NCBI GenBank assembly: GCA_964016885.1 | Contig: OZ024741.1 | Coordinates: forward strand, 106,888,001-106,952,000 | Source of the DNA: Eledone cirrhosa | Taxonomy: Eukaryota | Direction: 5' to 3' | DNA length: 64,000 bases | Shown: positions 30,468 to 44,797 of the stretch, piece by piece | Position numbering within the stretch: position 1 is the stretch's first letter | Layout: each line of letters begins with the position of its first letter | Position numbers and translations under genes: made by a program | The notes under the pieces: model-generated | Databases searched by the model: none | Told to the model about the DNA's origin: nothing | Seen by the model: the letters and a program-made list of their open reading frames with translations, nothing else

Positions 30468-31340
30468 TTACAGATAACTTACAAATGTATAAGTAAATAT
30501 AAAATATTTGTTTCTGTTTCCAAAGATATATATAAACACAATGTATTTATATTTGTCTGTTACATACATATATTCTGTAGTTCAGTACTGTAGACCTTTA
30601 AAAAAAACACTCATAATTCACGAGAAATATATATATATATATATGTATGTATATGTCGTTGCGGGTCAATGAAATAAAAAGAACAATTAACACATAATAT
30701 AAAGCATTTGCATTTTGTCATGTTGACCTTCATACTGGAGGAATAAGTCAAACAGTGGATTTCTCTCTCTTGTTCGCTCTCTCACTCTCTCTCTTTCTCT
30801 TTCTCTCTTGCTCTCTCTCTCTCCCACCCTCTCTCTCTTTCACTCCCCCTCTCTCTTTCTTACACGTAGACAGACAGACAGACACACACACACACACACA
30901 ACCCCCCCCCCCAACATATATATATATCCATCGGTTATGTTGAACCCCGTGGCTGGTGCAAGAACGGAGTTAAATATTAATTTGATTAAAGTTTTATGAT
31001 GTCGTCACGGTCTAACGTAACCAGGGTATTGGCATTTATATAGAATATTTTGCAACAATAAAACCTTACAAGGACATCACTAGTCCGGCCTCTTGTTGAG
31101 TTAACAAACTAAACTAGTATATATATATATTATGAGGGTGGGGCAATATTAGGACATATTAAAACTGTAATAAAACCTTTACAGATAACTTACAAATGTA
31201 TAAGTAAATATAAAATATTTGTTTCTGTTTCCAAAGATATATATAAACACAATGTATTTATATCTGGCTGTTACATACATATATTCTGTAGTTCAGTACT
31301 GTAGACCTTTGAAAAAAACACTCATAATTCACGAGAAATA
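30468..31340. repeat. Approximately 160-bp direct repeat pair (30468-30629, 31179-31340)
   Basis: ttacagataacttacaaatgtataag...cacgagaaata present twice. Confidence 0.8.
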
Positions 31341-31698
31341 TTTTAATAGAAATAAGATGTATACATTATACAACAGCTTCTATATAATCTTAACAAATCT
31401 TAATAATAGAACAGCTACCAGTTAAACTGTAAAAGACGGTGGGATTTGAATGTCTGTATATACAGGACATTCGAGAAAATTCAGTGTAAATGGAAGAAAC
31501 CGTATTTGAACATCAATGATATTTTATCAGAAAACTTCGGCTGTAAGCGATACAAGGTTATATATTTAGGGTGTAATATCATAGATCATGTTTTAATTGG
31601 TTGGTAATTCAAGCTTAAGCATGGACAAAGGTTAGGAAGACATTTTCTGCTCCAATGAAACTTACATTTAACTAGAAAAATAAAGAAATGTGTGTCCC

Positions 31699-31757
<59 letters not shown>

Positions 31758-32147
31758 CTGTGTGTGTGTGTGTTTCGTTGTTGTTGTTTAACCCAAAGTT
31801 CACTCTGAGCCAGCAGACCTATGATCAAAGGTTTTCAAGCTATGACTAAACAGTCGTTTTTTTTTCAAATCTAAGTATACCTCGGGTTACATTATCATTT
31901 TATAGTGTACGTCTATTATCATGAAATGACGTTGTTACTGAAAATATCATTACTGACTAAATTGAAATTTTGATTATAAATTCCAAATTAATTTTATCAG
32001 TTAGTGAACCGTTTATAGTTGCTGTTGTTGTTTCAACCCGGATCAAACCTGATTGAGAAAAGTTATGATCAAAGGTGTTTCAGCTGTGACCAGCCTGAAT
32101 TTTAGGCGTATGTAGCCTTTGTAGGCATACTATCTGTTGTACTTTCA

Positions 32148-32328
32148 TTGGCAGTATTGGTAGAGGGTCGGACGCCATGCTTTGCAGCCCAGTTACGACC
32201 TTTTAGGATCTGAGTTCAAATCCCACCGAGGTTAACTTTGCCACTCATCCTTACGGTGTCGATAAAATAAAGCACCACTAATGCACCGAGGTAATTGCTG
32301 GCCTTGTGCCAGAAGTAGAAACAGTTAT
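32148..32328 (+). mobile_element. SINE family 1
   Basis: A-box, B-box gagttcaaatccc, core and 3' gtagaaac. Confidence 0.85.
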
Positions 32329-33185
32329 TTAAGAGGTTTGGATAAGATTTGAGAATGATTTGGGCGCTATTTCTAACAAATTGAAGAACTATGCCAATAC
32401 TCTCCAGACTTAGATCGGAACACTTTGTAGTTTATTATTAAATTACAATATTTGTTTTCGAATTTTAGGTTTTAATTTGCTATGACTATAACTACCATTG
32501 CTAATCCTATAGGTTTTACATTGGGAATTCTATATGCGATTATTATGTAATCGATTATTGTTTTTTTTTCAGAGGTGTATGGTAGTTAATGTCACAATGT
32601 GTTTAAGTTAAAATTTTCCAAAGACTAGAGGCTGATCCAGTTGCTGCGTATCTCGGTTTCATGTGGTCTTAAGTGAATGAGATGGTAAGAAATCTCCTTA
32701 CATTGACACTAGGACTCATTTTTTCAACTGAGTGGAATGGAGCAACGTGAAATCATCTTTTGCACTAAGACACATCTTTTCTTCCACCAGCGTTATCTCC
32801 TCTCCTTTGTCCTGGATCGTATTCAGTCAAACAAATATATATCTTTGTATAATTACATTATCACAAAACTAAAAAACTTATTTATCCCATGTATATTTCG
32901 CCACTGCCTCGTCATCAACGTCTCTGTTCCAAGTATGTTACTATCGTATTTTACTATAATTTTCAGGTAGTACCAAAACTAATTTGTTTTCACACCGTTT
33001 AGTTATAGAAACACTGAATATGTCCGAAACAGACAACTGATGATCGGGTAGATCTCTACTTTACTTTGTTTCGTCTTTCTGTTCTTATTACATGTTTGCA
33101 CCGCCTCTGTAAGTTTCTGAGCTATTTAAAAAAAATACAATACTGCTTGGTGCTACCATATTTGCTTGCTTTTACCGTTTGGTTC

Positions 33186-33287
<102 letters not shown>

Positions 33288-33288
33288 A

Positions 33289-33675
33289 GAAGGTGAGCAA
33301 TATTGTAGAACAATAAAACTATGCATATATCAGATAAGTAGCACTCAAGAGTTGGTAGAACTGGAGTATATATAATAAAGAGGAATTAAAAGATGGTTAA
33401 AAGAGTTCCATATATTTTATTATGCGCATTTCGAATACAAAATCATTGTGGGACAAAAATTGTGTTCTCATCAGATAAAATAAGGTAACATGATAAGAGG
33501 CATAATAGCACTTGTTTACAGGAAAGTGCTCCTGTAAACAAGTGTCATTATGCCTCTTATCATGTTACCTTATTTTATCTGATGAGAACACAATTTTTGT
33601 CCCAGGATGATTTTGTATTCGAAATGCGCATAATAAAATATATGGAACTCTTTTAACCATCTTTTAATTCCTCTT

Positions 33676-33680
<5 letters not shown>
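33289..33680. mobile_element. PLE pseudo-LTR fold-back (palindrome 33373-33680 plus left tail), same family as the PLE at 49897-51440
   Basis: About 150-bp arms nearly identical to 49897-50053. Confidence 0.85.
33571..33640 (+). ncRNA. Type I HHR (mirror 33413-33482 minus; third copy about 49936-50005 minus with CTGATGC)
   Basis: Stem I tattttat/ataaaata; CTGATGA; stem II gaacacaa/ttgtattc; GAAA tgcgca TA. Confidence 0.85.
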
Positions 33681-33715
<35 letters not shown>

Positions 33716-33720
<5 letters not shown>

Positions 33721-34192
33721 GAATAGAATGAAACGAAATTTCATTTCTCACTCTTAGTACGGCACTTACTTAAATGTAAGTATGTATGTATACGTACATA
33801 CATATATGTATACAGACGTACAGTAGTATGTATATATATACATACATGCACACATATATATATGCACGTATCGGTTTACCGAACATTTATTATAATGTTC
33901 GGTTTGTTTGTTTGTAAACAAACAAACAGCCCGAATTACGCCGTACAGTGTTTAGGCAACCACGTCACCTTTTTGTTCAACACTGACACAGGAACGATGT
34001 ACTAGTTTCAAGCTTATTAGCTATCGTGAGCATCGTATACCTTCCTGCCAGATGGTTGAACGTCTGAAAGTATATACTTTCCTTATGCATATTAACGGCT
34101 GAGCAGCCTAATTTGCATATCGAGTGAGTTCAGTCGGCCGGGCACACCGAAAACGATAAATGGAATATAATGAAACGAAATTTCATTTCTCA
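33716..34192 (-). mobile_element. Retrozyme-like 442-nt unit (just over one monomer, terminally redundant)
   Basis: aatgaaacgaaatttcatttctca at 33727 and 34169; HHR 33994-34036 (core mutated to CTCACGA); octamer 34111-34118. Confidence 0.8.
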
Positions 34193-34205
34193 TATATATA
34201 TATAT

Positions 34206-34490
34206 CCAAAATTAAATTAAGGGTGTCATGTCTGAGAGACATTTTAAAAGGTATCGATAATTGAAGTTCTAGTTAAACTTTAATTGGTTACCCACCTATC
34301 TGTGTGTGCTTGCACACTTTACAAATTATTCCCTGTGATTGTTTCATATGTTTATTATATATATATATATATGTCAATCTATTTCTAGTTGATATAAAAT
34401 TCTCGGACCTATTCATTGGAATCTTTGAGCTTATTCTGCAGTGGATATGGCGCATGTTTCTCAGACATGACACCCTTAATTTAATTTTGG
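34206..34490. mobile_element. MITE with about 36-bp TIRs in (TA)n; relatives at 34780-34887, 51875-52387 and 58488-58710
   Basis: ccaaaattaaattaagggtgtcatgtctgagagacat / atgtttctcagacatgacacccttaatttaattttgg. Confidence 0.8.
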
Positions 34491-35089
34491 ATATATATAC
34501 GGCCCTTTAATTGTAGAGCTAACTCAGTTGAATGGACTCGGCTGCTATTTCTAGCTGTCGATAATCCTATTCACGCCAGTGGGATGACTCTGTGCGATGT
34601 GTGTATTTAAAAAAAAAATGCAACACGTGGTACGAGTCATTCACAGATTTTCATTTGCTCTATAAACACAGATAGTTGGATCTTCTCCTTTGGTGATCAT
34701 CCAGAATTTTACTACTTTGATTTACCGATTAATGGTGAAATATATTTTTATTTAAAGAAATATATACAAAGGAGATTAAACCTTTTAAAAGGTATCTATA
34801 TTTGAAGTTCTAGTTAAACTTTAATTGGTTACCTACCTAGATGTGTGTGCTTTCACACTTTACAAATTATTCCCTGTGATTGTTTCATAGTCTGGACGCT
34901 GTTCCTTTCCAGCTTAATATAAAAGAATGTGATATGGTGTTCAAATAAGTATACGAAAGATATTGTATATCATATAATTCAGGCTTATCGAAATAGCTAT
35001 CCAGCATCAAGGAGTGGGTGGAGAACGGCACAAGAAGACTGTTTTGATTGGTTGAAGTTAACAACTGAAATTTCAATTTGCAAACTCAC

Positions 35090-35163
35090 TCGAGATCTAC
35101 TATGTTGAACTTGCCTGGCCACATACAATATGACGTTATTGCCGAGAAATGTCTATAGTCTGC
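35090..35163 (-). CDS. Candidate 74-nt host exon (phase 0 to 2; ADYRHFSAITSYCMWPGKFNIVDL)
   Basis: Acceptor (tg)n-cag, consensus donor gtgagt; only phase 0 is open. Confidence 0.35.
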
Positions 35164-35191
35164 CTGCACACACACACACACACGCACACGC

Positions 35192-35316
<125 letters not shown>

Positions 35317-35491
35317 ATAACATAATAAAATATATATTTGTGTATACAAAAAACACACATACAAACACACAGACATTCATGTATAAAAATATGTCTTTGA
35401 TAGTTTACACAATAATATATAAATATAATATAAAATATAATTGTCACAAGAAATAATAAGTTACTGTTGATGACCAGAGTAAAAATATATA

Positions 35492-35668
35492 TAATTGTTT
35501 CTACTTTTGGCACAAGGCCAGCAAATTAGCCAGTACATTACTGGTACTTTATTTTATCGACCCCATAAGGATGAAAAGCAAAGTTAACCTCGACGGGATT
35601 TGAACTCAGACCGTAAATGGACGTAACTATGTTAGAAAGCATTGTGTCCAGCCCTCTACCGATACTGT
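35492..35668 (-). mobile_element. SINE family 1
   Basis: Full reverse-complement match to the family body. Confidence 0.85.
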
Positions 35669-36075
35669 CATGTTTATAATTTGAATGTAGCGGGTTTTTT
35701 TCTTTCATGAGACTTATAATATGGTTTATCTGGTTCAAAATCACGGGACTCAGTCACAGCTGATTGAACATTCTCAAAATATGACATTTTATGAAATGTC
35801 ATATCGTCACCCATCTACACCTATAATGAACAGAAAAGAACAGAATCCACCTTCATTTATATCCACAATATGACATGTAACATAACCTTATTGATGGAAA
35901 CATAGAATACACGGTTGACGCCATATTACACGTAACACGTTCATATTATATGTTAACTCTCGAAGATCGCTGCGTCCGAATTGTTGGATACTAGCGCCTA
36001 AATACATAACTTGGAGCTAACAAATTACAGGTTCTAATCTCTTCATTATATGTATGTATATATATTATATTATAA

Positions 36076-36258
36076 GGGTCGGAGTATCGGTAGGGGGTCG
36101 GACGCCATGCTTTCCAGCATAGTTACGTCCCTTTACGATCTGAGTTCAAATCCCGCCGAGGTTGACTTTGCCTTTCATCCTTACGGGGTCGATAAAATAA
36201 AGTACCAGTAATACACTGGGTATTTTCTGGCCTTGTGCCAAAAGTAGAAACAATTATA
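36076..36258 (+). mobile_element. SINE family 1
   Basis: A/B boxes, core and tail. Confidence 0.85.
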
Positions 36259-36281
36259 TTATATATACATACATATATATA

Positions 36282-36312
<31 letters not shown>

Positions 36313-36512
36313 AGGAAGGAAATGTGGTAAGGAACCAGATGGACCATAACGCACCAAAGTACTCAATATCTAGGGTAGTAGAGTCGGTAATAGGAACGAG
36401 TAGGACCCCGACGGCTGAGCTCAAGCCGTTTCGACGGCTAATTCTGAACTCAGAGTCCAGAATTAGCCGTCGAAACGGCTTGAGCTCAGCCGTCGGGGTC
36501 CTACTCGTTCCT

Positions 36513-36513
<1 letters not shown>
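36313..36513. mobile_element. Fold-back element (palindrome 36391-36513, centre 36452, plus left tail) carrying only the 3' half of an HHR
   Basis: GAAA cggct-tgagctc-agccg TC ggggtcc; no CUGANGA present. Confidence 0.7.
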
Positions 36514-36558
<45 letters not shown>

Positions 36559-36588
36559 TAGATACATATATATATATACACACACATA

Positions 36589-36646
<58 letters not shown>

Positions 36647-36647
36647 G

Positions 36648-36702
<55 letters not shown>

Positions 36703-36764
36703 TACACATATATATACATACATATACATATATATATATACATATATATATATTATATATACGT

Positions 36765-37080
36765 AATAGAAATAAAAATTAGTATGTTTCGTTTACATAT
36801 GAAAAATATTTATTGTGTATAGACCTTTTTGTGTTTGCACCAAAGCCAGTCTTTGAATGAACAAAACACATTCCAAAACGCGGCGACGCGCGCGCCTACA
36901 CACACACACACACACACACACACAGACCCCCCCCCCACACTAAAATCTTTAAATGTTCGCGCGCATACGCAAACACGCAGACGAATATCTGTGAATACAC
37001 ACCGGCATAGCTGTCCCATCAAATACACCACAATACACACATACACCCCCTCCCAGGCACACAAGAAAATAGAGCCGATG

Positions 37081-37114
<34 letters not shown>

Positions 37115-37388
37115 TTCTCAGCTCACATACCTCAACAAAAATATATTTTTTTGTCACCTCACGAGTCTGACGATACGGACGAGCAGATCGATACTGGAGT
37201 CGGGTCCATGACTCCTATGGGTTGCGTTGAACTAATCCTCTGCGAAACGCGCGTAACGAGTCGATACACAATAAATATTTTTTATATGTAAACGAAACTT
37301 CCTCGTTTTTTTTCTATTATATACACTCTGCTTGTGCATAGAGTGGTTGATTTGGTACCAACACCAGTAAATCATTGTACTAAACACA

Positions 37389-37392
<4 letters not shown>
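36765..37392. mobile_element. Older PLE-type inverted element with degenerate HHR (about 37170-37260, +)
   Basis: Arms at about 36765-36825 and 37262-37322; CGGACGA gcaga...tctgc GAAA cgcgcg TA; stem I unpaired. Confidence 0.5.
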
Positions 37393-37425
<33 letters not shown>

Positions 37426-37614
37426 GGGAGGGTCATATTGTTATAATATTGCCAGAAATAATAATAGAACACACTCACTGTTTGGTTTGGGCTGGCTTTC
37501 ACTTCTGTGTCTTTTATATCTCCATAGTTAATTTATCTGGCAATCAATGTTTATCATTGATAGACCAACGGTTAAAAACACAGATATAAAGATATATATA
37601 TATATATATATATA

Positions 37615-38012
37615 TATAAGTATGTATACGTACATACATATATGTATACAGGCGTACAGTAGTATGTATATACATACATACATGCACACACATATATATA
37701 TATGCACGTATGGACTTACCGAACATTTATTATAATTCTCGGTTTGTTTGTAAACAAACAGCCCGAATTATTAGCCGTACAGTGTTCGGCAACCATCGTT
37801 GCCATTTTGTTCAACACTGACAAAGGAAAGATGAACTAGTTCCTAGCTTATTAGCTGTCATCAGCATCGTATACCTTCCTGTCAGTCGATTGAACGTTTG
37901 AAAGTATATACTTTCCTTATGCATATTAACGGCTGAGTAGTCTAATTTATAATACTTATATTTGAGTATCAGCCGTACTAAGAGTGAGAAATGAAATTTC
38001 AATTTTTCCATT
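37615..38012 (-). mobile_element. Diverged copy of the 442-nt retrozyme family
   Basis: Colinear with 33780-34110; HHR about 37830-37870 with CTGATGA but GGAA in place of GAAA. Confidence 0.75.
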
Positions 38013-38072
38013 TATATATATATATATATACATATATGTATATATATATATATTTCCATTTATATATATATA

Positions 38073-38116
<44 letters not shown>

Positions 38117-38117
<1 letters not shown>

Positions 38118-38714
38118 TGGCTGCCAACTCGTTATCGAGTACGGCCTCTACCTTACATCCATGTAGGATAACCCCTACCGAAGCGCTGAACGAGTGTGAC
38201 TTTTTAGTCCAGCCAGCGACTTGAAACCTCTGGTACAAACACTACACCTGTGACAATTATTGACACATAGTGCTGGGCCCATGTGAGGACAAGTGCAGAG
38301 AGATCTCCAGATATAAAGCAATGCCTGTGCCGTGAAGTTTTTATAGTGAGCAAAGGCACTGTACAAAGCCAGTCCCACTCTCTTAACCAAGATGATATTT
38401 ACCAAAAAGAAGAACAAGTCAACATCATTGGATACCATCAGGGTTGCAGGTGTTATATCAGAGTTTTCCTTCTCCTAGAATTCTGCCTTGACAAAGGCTA
38501 AGGGGTCATCTCTCCCGGTGATTTTGGATGGCCATTGACTCTTAAGAGCTCCTTTGCCCTTTGACAGGTTTTGTTTTTAGTCCTGCAGGATGTCCAAAGT
38601 CACCCTCCTCACCAAGAAACCTTGGTGGGGTTGCCAGTTTAGTGGCCAACGACCCGACCATGAGACAGGTTGTACTGGGATACATGTTACCAGTAGCACC
38701 AACTGGTGACCTGA
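38117..38714 (-). mobile_element. Bipartite non-autonomous RTE-like element (5' UTR fused to the 3' zinc-finger end)
   Basis: 3' end encodes [20 protein letters not shown] (C2H2-like, as at RTE C-termini); the 5' about 440 bp resembles RTE 5' UTRs as I recall them (ctaaactggcaacccc, ggaaaactctga); flanked by (TA)n. Confidence 0.6.
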
Positions 38715-38776
38715 CATATATATATATATGTATACATACATATATATATATATATATTAAATACCAAAGCCAGAAG

Positions 38777-38840
<64 letters not shown>

Positions 38841-39690
38841 CTTCTGGCTTTGTTATTTAATAAATTCACATAAATAGAGAGAAAGAGTCGGTTTCTAACA
38901 TAGAAACAAGATTCTTTCATTGAAATTTAGACATCAACACAGATACAATCCACCACATATATATAAATATATATGTACGTGTTTGCATGTATATACAGCA
39001 TATTTATGCGTATGTGTAGGTATATGTGTGTATATGCATATAAAAATAATATACAATCATGAATTTTTTTCTCAAATGTACTATATATTCAATATACAAA
39101 ATTCCTCACGATGTCATAAAAGGTACATTAAACAAAAATAATTGAGTTGTATCTCATAAAAAATAAAGCACACTACTAAAGAGAACAGTAAAGGAAGAAG
39201 AGAAATGTAAATGAAAAGGATAAAAAGAAAGAATGAGCAAGCAGCGATAAAGATAGGGAGAGAAGGAGGCACAGTGACTACACCCCAGCCTGAGCGATGC
39301 CTCAGCTGCGTGCTGTAGACAAAACGGCAAAAGCGTTACCGCGGAGAACAACCAAAGACTCCCTCTGCAACGGCCACTCCAACTTATGGGGCTCCCTATT
39401 CTAACGGGCTGCCGTCTTTCCGACTTTACATAGGAAATCAACAGTTTGGGGACGAAGGACGCCAGAGGTATCGACGCAGATCGGTACGAAGAGGAAGCGG
39501 TCGGTCAGGTCCTCCTATTTGATATTTGCCTGCCCACTGCATCGCGGGTAACGGAGTCCGGGTTTGTGCCGGAAGCAACAAGGCTGCAAATGCATTTGTA
39601 TATATGCCTACAAATGAAGAGCCATTTCTTTTTCAATCTATCTCTGTCGCTCTTTTTGCACATTTCTCCCTGTCTGTCCCCCCCTCTCTC

Positions 39691-39817
<127 letters not shown>

Positions 39818-40068
39818 TGTCTGCAGTTCTGTTCGCATGCCAACACAAGAGCAAGAATGAAGTGTTCATTCTACACTGACATGGCTATAAAATTGAGGCT
39901 TGTTTGCAAAATTGCAAACGAATCGAATGTTATTATTAATATTCGAAAAGCTCAGATTACATTTATTGTATTCAGCCATGTAGAGCGAAATTTTCATTTT
40001 CATTTGAATTTGGCAAAGCCGGCCATTTATCGCTCGTATACAGGAAACTGACTGGCCAGTCTGTTGAT

Positions 40069-40142
40069 ATGCAAATCTGGCTGATCAGTGGGTCTGCTAA
40101 TATGCAGATCTGACTGATCAGCCAGCCTACTAATATGCAAAT
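40069..40142 (+). promoter_or_regulatory. Triplicated 33-bp module with octamer sites (ATGCAAAT 40069, ATGCAGAT 40102, ATGCAAAT 40135)
   Basis: Motifs seen directly; promoter function is inferred only. Confidence 0.5.
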
Positions 40143-40219
40143 CAAGCCGTTCAGTCACTGTGTATTTTAGAAAATAGCATATATTTTCACTAGCTCTGAC
40201 AGTTTGGCAGGTGAACAGT

Positions 40220-40269
40220 GAGCTGTACTGATGAAGGGTGATACCCAGAAACATTAGTGTCTGCAGTTC
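40220..40269 (+). ncRNA. Type I HHR, canonical core, GUC site at 40259-40261
   Basis: Stem I gagctgta/tgcagttc extended by gaacag/ctgttc and ttggca/tgccaa; CTGATGA; gggt-gat-accc; GAAA cattagtg TC. Confidence 0.9.
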
Positions 40270-40400
40270 TGTTCGCATGCCAACACAAGAGCAAGAATGA
40301 AGTGTTCATTCTACACTGACATGGCTATAAAATTGAGGCTTGTTTGCAAAATTGCAAACGAATCGAATGTTATTATTAATATTCGAAAAACTCAGATTAC

Positions 40401-40448
<48 letters not shown>

Positions 40449-40449
40449 A

Positions 40450-40792
40450 ATGTAAACAGAAATAACAACACAATCGGTACAGTATATGGAAGCGATATAT
40501 TAGGTTAGCGCTTAATATAGCAGGAAGAGGGTCTTAACGTTTCGGACGCTAGTCCTTCATCACAAGAAAGAATGAGAAATAAGATAGATTGAGGGGATGA
40601 GCGGGTTGGAATTGGAAAACTGTCTTTAGATAAAAATAACAGGTTCATTCATGTTGACATCTCTTGCAAAACTGTTGGTGCTGGCGTTTTGTGTATGATT
40701 TATTTTTTAGAAAAGTAGATGATCGAGCGCCTCTACCTGAAATGGAAAAAAAAGGTTTAGTAAAAAGAGCTATACTTGTGCACGTGCGTAAG

Positions 40793-40862
<70 letters not shown>

Positions 40863-41330
40863 TGTGTGTGTGTTATTATACGTCCGTACGAAGCTAAGAA
40901 GAAATATGTGTGTATATGTGAGTAAAAGAGTTTGTGTGCATGTAAGTACGGAGCTATGAGCAAAAGTATGTTAATATAAGGGTGCGTATGTGTGTATACA
41001 GAGCAGTGAAGGGAAAAGTGGAGTGAGCATATATAGTCGGCATGTATTACTTGTAAGGGAAGCTGCTAATGATTAAGAGAAAGCGAAAGGAATTTAGGGT
41101 GTGATAATGGACGGGGTATTAGAGAAATTGGGGAGGTGAGTTGAGTCCAAGAAGGGAATATGACCCAAGGCGGTGAATCAGACTTTGTTCAGTCCTTGTG
41201 CGTGAGCCCTGTGATCCATGAAGTAAAAGGACACCCAGGACTGAAACATGTAGGGAAGAATGACCAGGAGAACAGAAATGACGGACGACAGGAGTATCCA
41301 AACCGAGTCTTATGTCCCTCAAATGCATAC
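40450..41330 (-). mobile_element. 5'-truncated Penelope-like element: GIY-YIG C-terminus (41119-41330), 3' UTR and minimal HHR (40532-40567)
   Basis: HLRDIRLGLDTPVVRHFCSPGHS...RTRTEQSLIHRLGSYSLLGLN; HHR tctt GTGATGA aggac-tagc-gtcc GAAA cg TT aaga (C3 mutated). Confidence 0.8.
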
Positions 41331-41772
41331 ATAGCCACACAGCTATATGTATATATGTTTGCACGTGTACAAATATATACCTACACGTATGGACCCGTAA
41401 CTTGCGAGGGAGTCATAGGGGTGCCGTATTGACATACAGATTTTCTTAGGGTATTTTGAAAGCCTGGCGGAGCCCATCTCCTCTCCATGTAAAAGGCTGA
41501 AGCCATGGAAATAATCAAACGATGGAATAAAATAAATGAAAAAATAAAATATAAAAAAAAAATGAGAAGACAAAACATTAAAAACCTATAAAAGCCAATT
41601 TCACACATATTGATATCCATTGCCACAACTACTCACACCGCCACATACATATAAGTACATACAAAGAAATATAACATCGTATTTGTACTCGCACATATAT
41701 ATAAGTATAACCAGAGCCTCATACAGGCAAACACACACACGGAGGCATATATAGCCTCATGCACTTATAATC

Positions 41773-41824
<52 letters not shown>

Positions 41825-42260
41825 TGACACTTGAATGATTACACATATATAAATACATAAAACCACATGTCTACAGATTACAACATCATATACACACTTG
41901 TCCACATAGAGTCAAACAACATCATAAACTCTTATATACATAAATACATACATACAAACATAAATATATACAAACATGCATATATACATACTTAGACACA
42001 TAACACATACATACATAAATATATACATACAAACATACATATATACATTCATAGGCGCCCTCACATAATATGTACGTACACATACACATAGACACAATAG
42101 CTGAATCTGAAAGCAGACGATCTTTCCGTGTGGAAACAGGCGACTATCGGGAGATACGTCTGCTGAGGTATAGAACAAGCTATTGGAAGTTCAAAGGTCG
42201 CTGCCGAACATACATCATCTATTCTACGTGTCTGTCTATATGAAAATTGTAGCTGCTTCG

Positions 42261-42319
<59 letters not shown>

Positions 42320-42438
42320 ATGTGTGTGTGTGTATACATATATATCTCTATATATAAATGTATATATATATATACATACATACATGTACATATATATGTA
42401 TGCATGTATGGGTGCATATATATATAATATATATGCAC

Positions 42439-42479
<41 letters not shown>

Positions 42480-43447
42480 TATGTGTGTGAATTTATATGT
42501 ATATCTGTGTGTGAGTGTGTGTGTGTGTATGAATAGGTGTTTTCTGTATTGTGTTACTGTTTAGCATATCGTGACGGCAATCGAAACAATATGTCGGCCG
42601 AGTGATATGTCGGTGGTGTGGGTTACTGTTACATCTTCACACACTTACTGTCTCTCTAATAATCTAATAAATACGAGAGGCTGTAGTTGAAAGGTTAGTG
42701 TTGGTTGTGTTTTTATTGCTGCCGTCGTTGTGTTAGTGGTGGTGGAAGTTGTGGTAGTGATGGTGGTAATTAACATAGTGTGGTTTTGTTCTGGTGTGAT
42801 TTGATGTGGTATAGTGTAGTAGGTATGGTTGGTTGTGTCACGTCTGCTGTTTGTGGTGCTTCTATTGTTTTATTATATTATATGGTATTACATTACATTT
42901 ACATTTCCTAGCGATATTTGTTGGCATTTTGTTAGGTTTATTTTTTTCCCTTCAGGCCATCCATAATTTCTGGACATTCTTTAGGCGTCATCTTTCGTTA
43001 TTTTCGCATTATAATACAATTTAAAAAAAAAAAAAAATTCTCTTTTTATTCTCTTTTCTATCATTTCTTTTCCCTCTCTTCCTTTTACTGACATTCTCTC
43101 ACTCTCCTAGATTCTCTCTGGCATTTCCCTTTCTCTGAGCTTATCTCTCTCTTCCCCATTCTGTTGTTTTCTATCTTTCTCTGTATCTTTCTCCCTCTCT
43201 CATCTCTCCAAATCTCTTTTTCATCATTCTCATCGACTCAGTTTTAATCTACCTATATACTTACAGTGTTTGGTATGAGCATTTACCTCTTATATCTAAT
43301 CTATTCTCATCTAATCTAATCCAATCTATCCATCTATCTATCTAGCTGGGCCATTGAAATATGTATAGTGATTTCACCGAATTAAAATTAATTTACAGCA
43401 TATCTTCCAGTACGGCCTTCTGTTGTCGTTTTAAATAAATAAATAAA

Positions 43448-43612
<165 letters not shown>

Positions 43613-44642
43613 GTGTAGATAAATCTACCAAAAATTTACGGTAGTGTCCAATCCGTATGAAGAACTCAATGTAATCCGGATATCATGAAAAGAGAAGATG
43701 CATTCAAAAACTATTTTCGGTGAAAATTAACGGAAAACAGAGTCAAGATAAATTAATAAAATAATGAATAAACAAAGAAACAGTTCCTTATATTAAAAAA
43801 AATTCATCATTTTACGATCGTTTCTAGGATATATATGTGTTAGAGTTGGTATGCATATTCTATAGATCTATGTACAATATTTATACAAACTATCAGAGGG
43901 AATATACATACCTACATATATATATGCTGTCTTCAGAAATAATGATATTTGTTTATTGAAAAAAAAAACAAAGATTCAATACGATAGGTCTGTTTGGGAA
44001 CAGGTTTTGAATTAACCAATAGCGAGATAGTGAGGGTCAAGATAGTAATATAGTAGTAGAAGAACCTTAAATTATGGGTAGAGGAAGGTAGATTTCAGTT
44101 TTGGATGGAAAAGAATATTATGAATGAAAGATTATTTTAGGGATGAAAATAGGTTGTATGCTGACCTCAGAAATAATTATATTTGTTCATTGAATAAAAC
44201 CAACAAAGATCTAATATATTCTGTCTGTTTGGTAAGAGGTTTAGAATTAACCAATAGAAAGTTAATAATTGGCCAAATGGTAAAATAGTAGTAATTGAAG
44301 CTTATTTTAGGGGTAGAATAAGGCAGATTTCAGTTTTGAATGGAGTGTGAAGAATGAGAAAGTTATTTTAGGGGTGAAAATAGGTCAGGTCAGTAAAAGG
44401 TATATGAGCAGTTGCTGTTATAAACCAGTAATGCCAATGCAAATATCTAAGGAGACTAAAATTTTATGATAAGAGTGTTAGTGAAAAAAATACATCTATG
44501 AAAAGAATATAAATTAATTTAATTGATGGGTATATTTATATTGATAAAATTATACTAATGCATATAGATATGATAAATAAGAGTTAGATGCAGTTGAAGA
44601 GTGCTGTTAAAGATGAGGGGAAATTAAAAGAATATAAAAATA

Positions 44643-44707
<65 letters not shown>

Positions 44708-44764
44708 TACACATACACACACACATATACACGCATATACATATATATATATATATATATACAC

Positions 44765-44797
<33 letters not shown>

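Noticed and set aside
33020-33050. gtccGAAAcagacaaCTGATGA; also the isolated CTGATGA at about 59866
   Set aside because: No pairing stems can be drawn; likely chance motifs
34885-35076. 63-aa minus-strand ORF next to the candidate exon
   Set aside because: Would need a 24-nt intron to join; no recognisable homology
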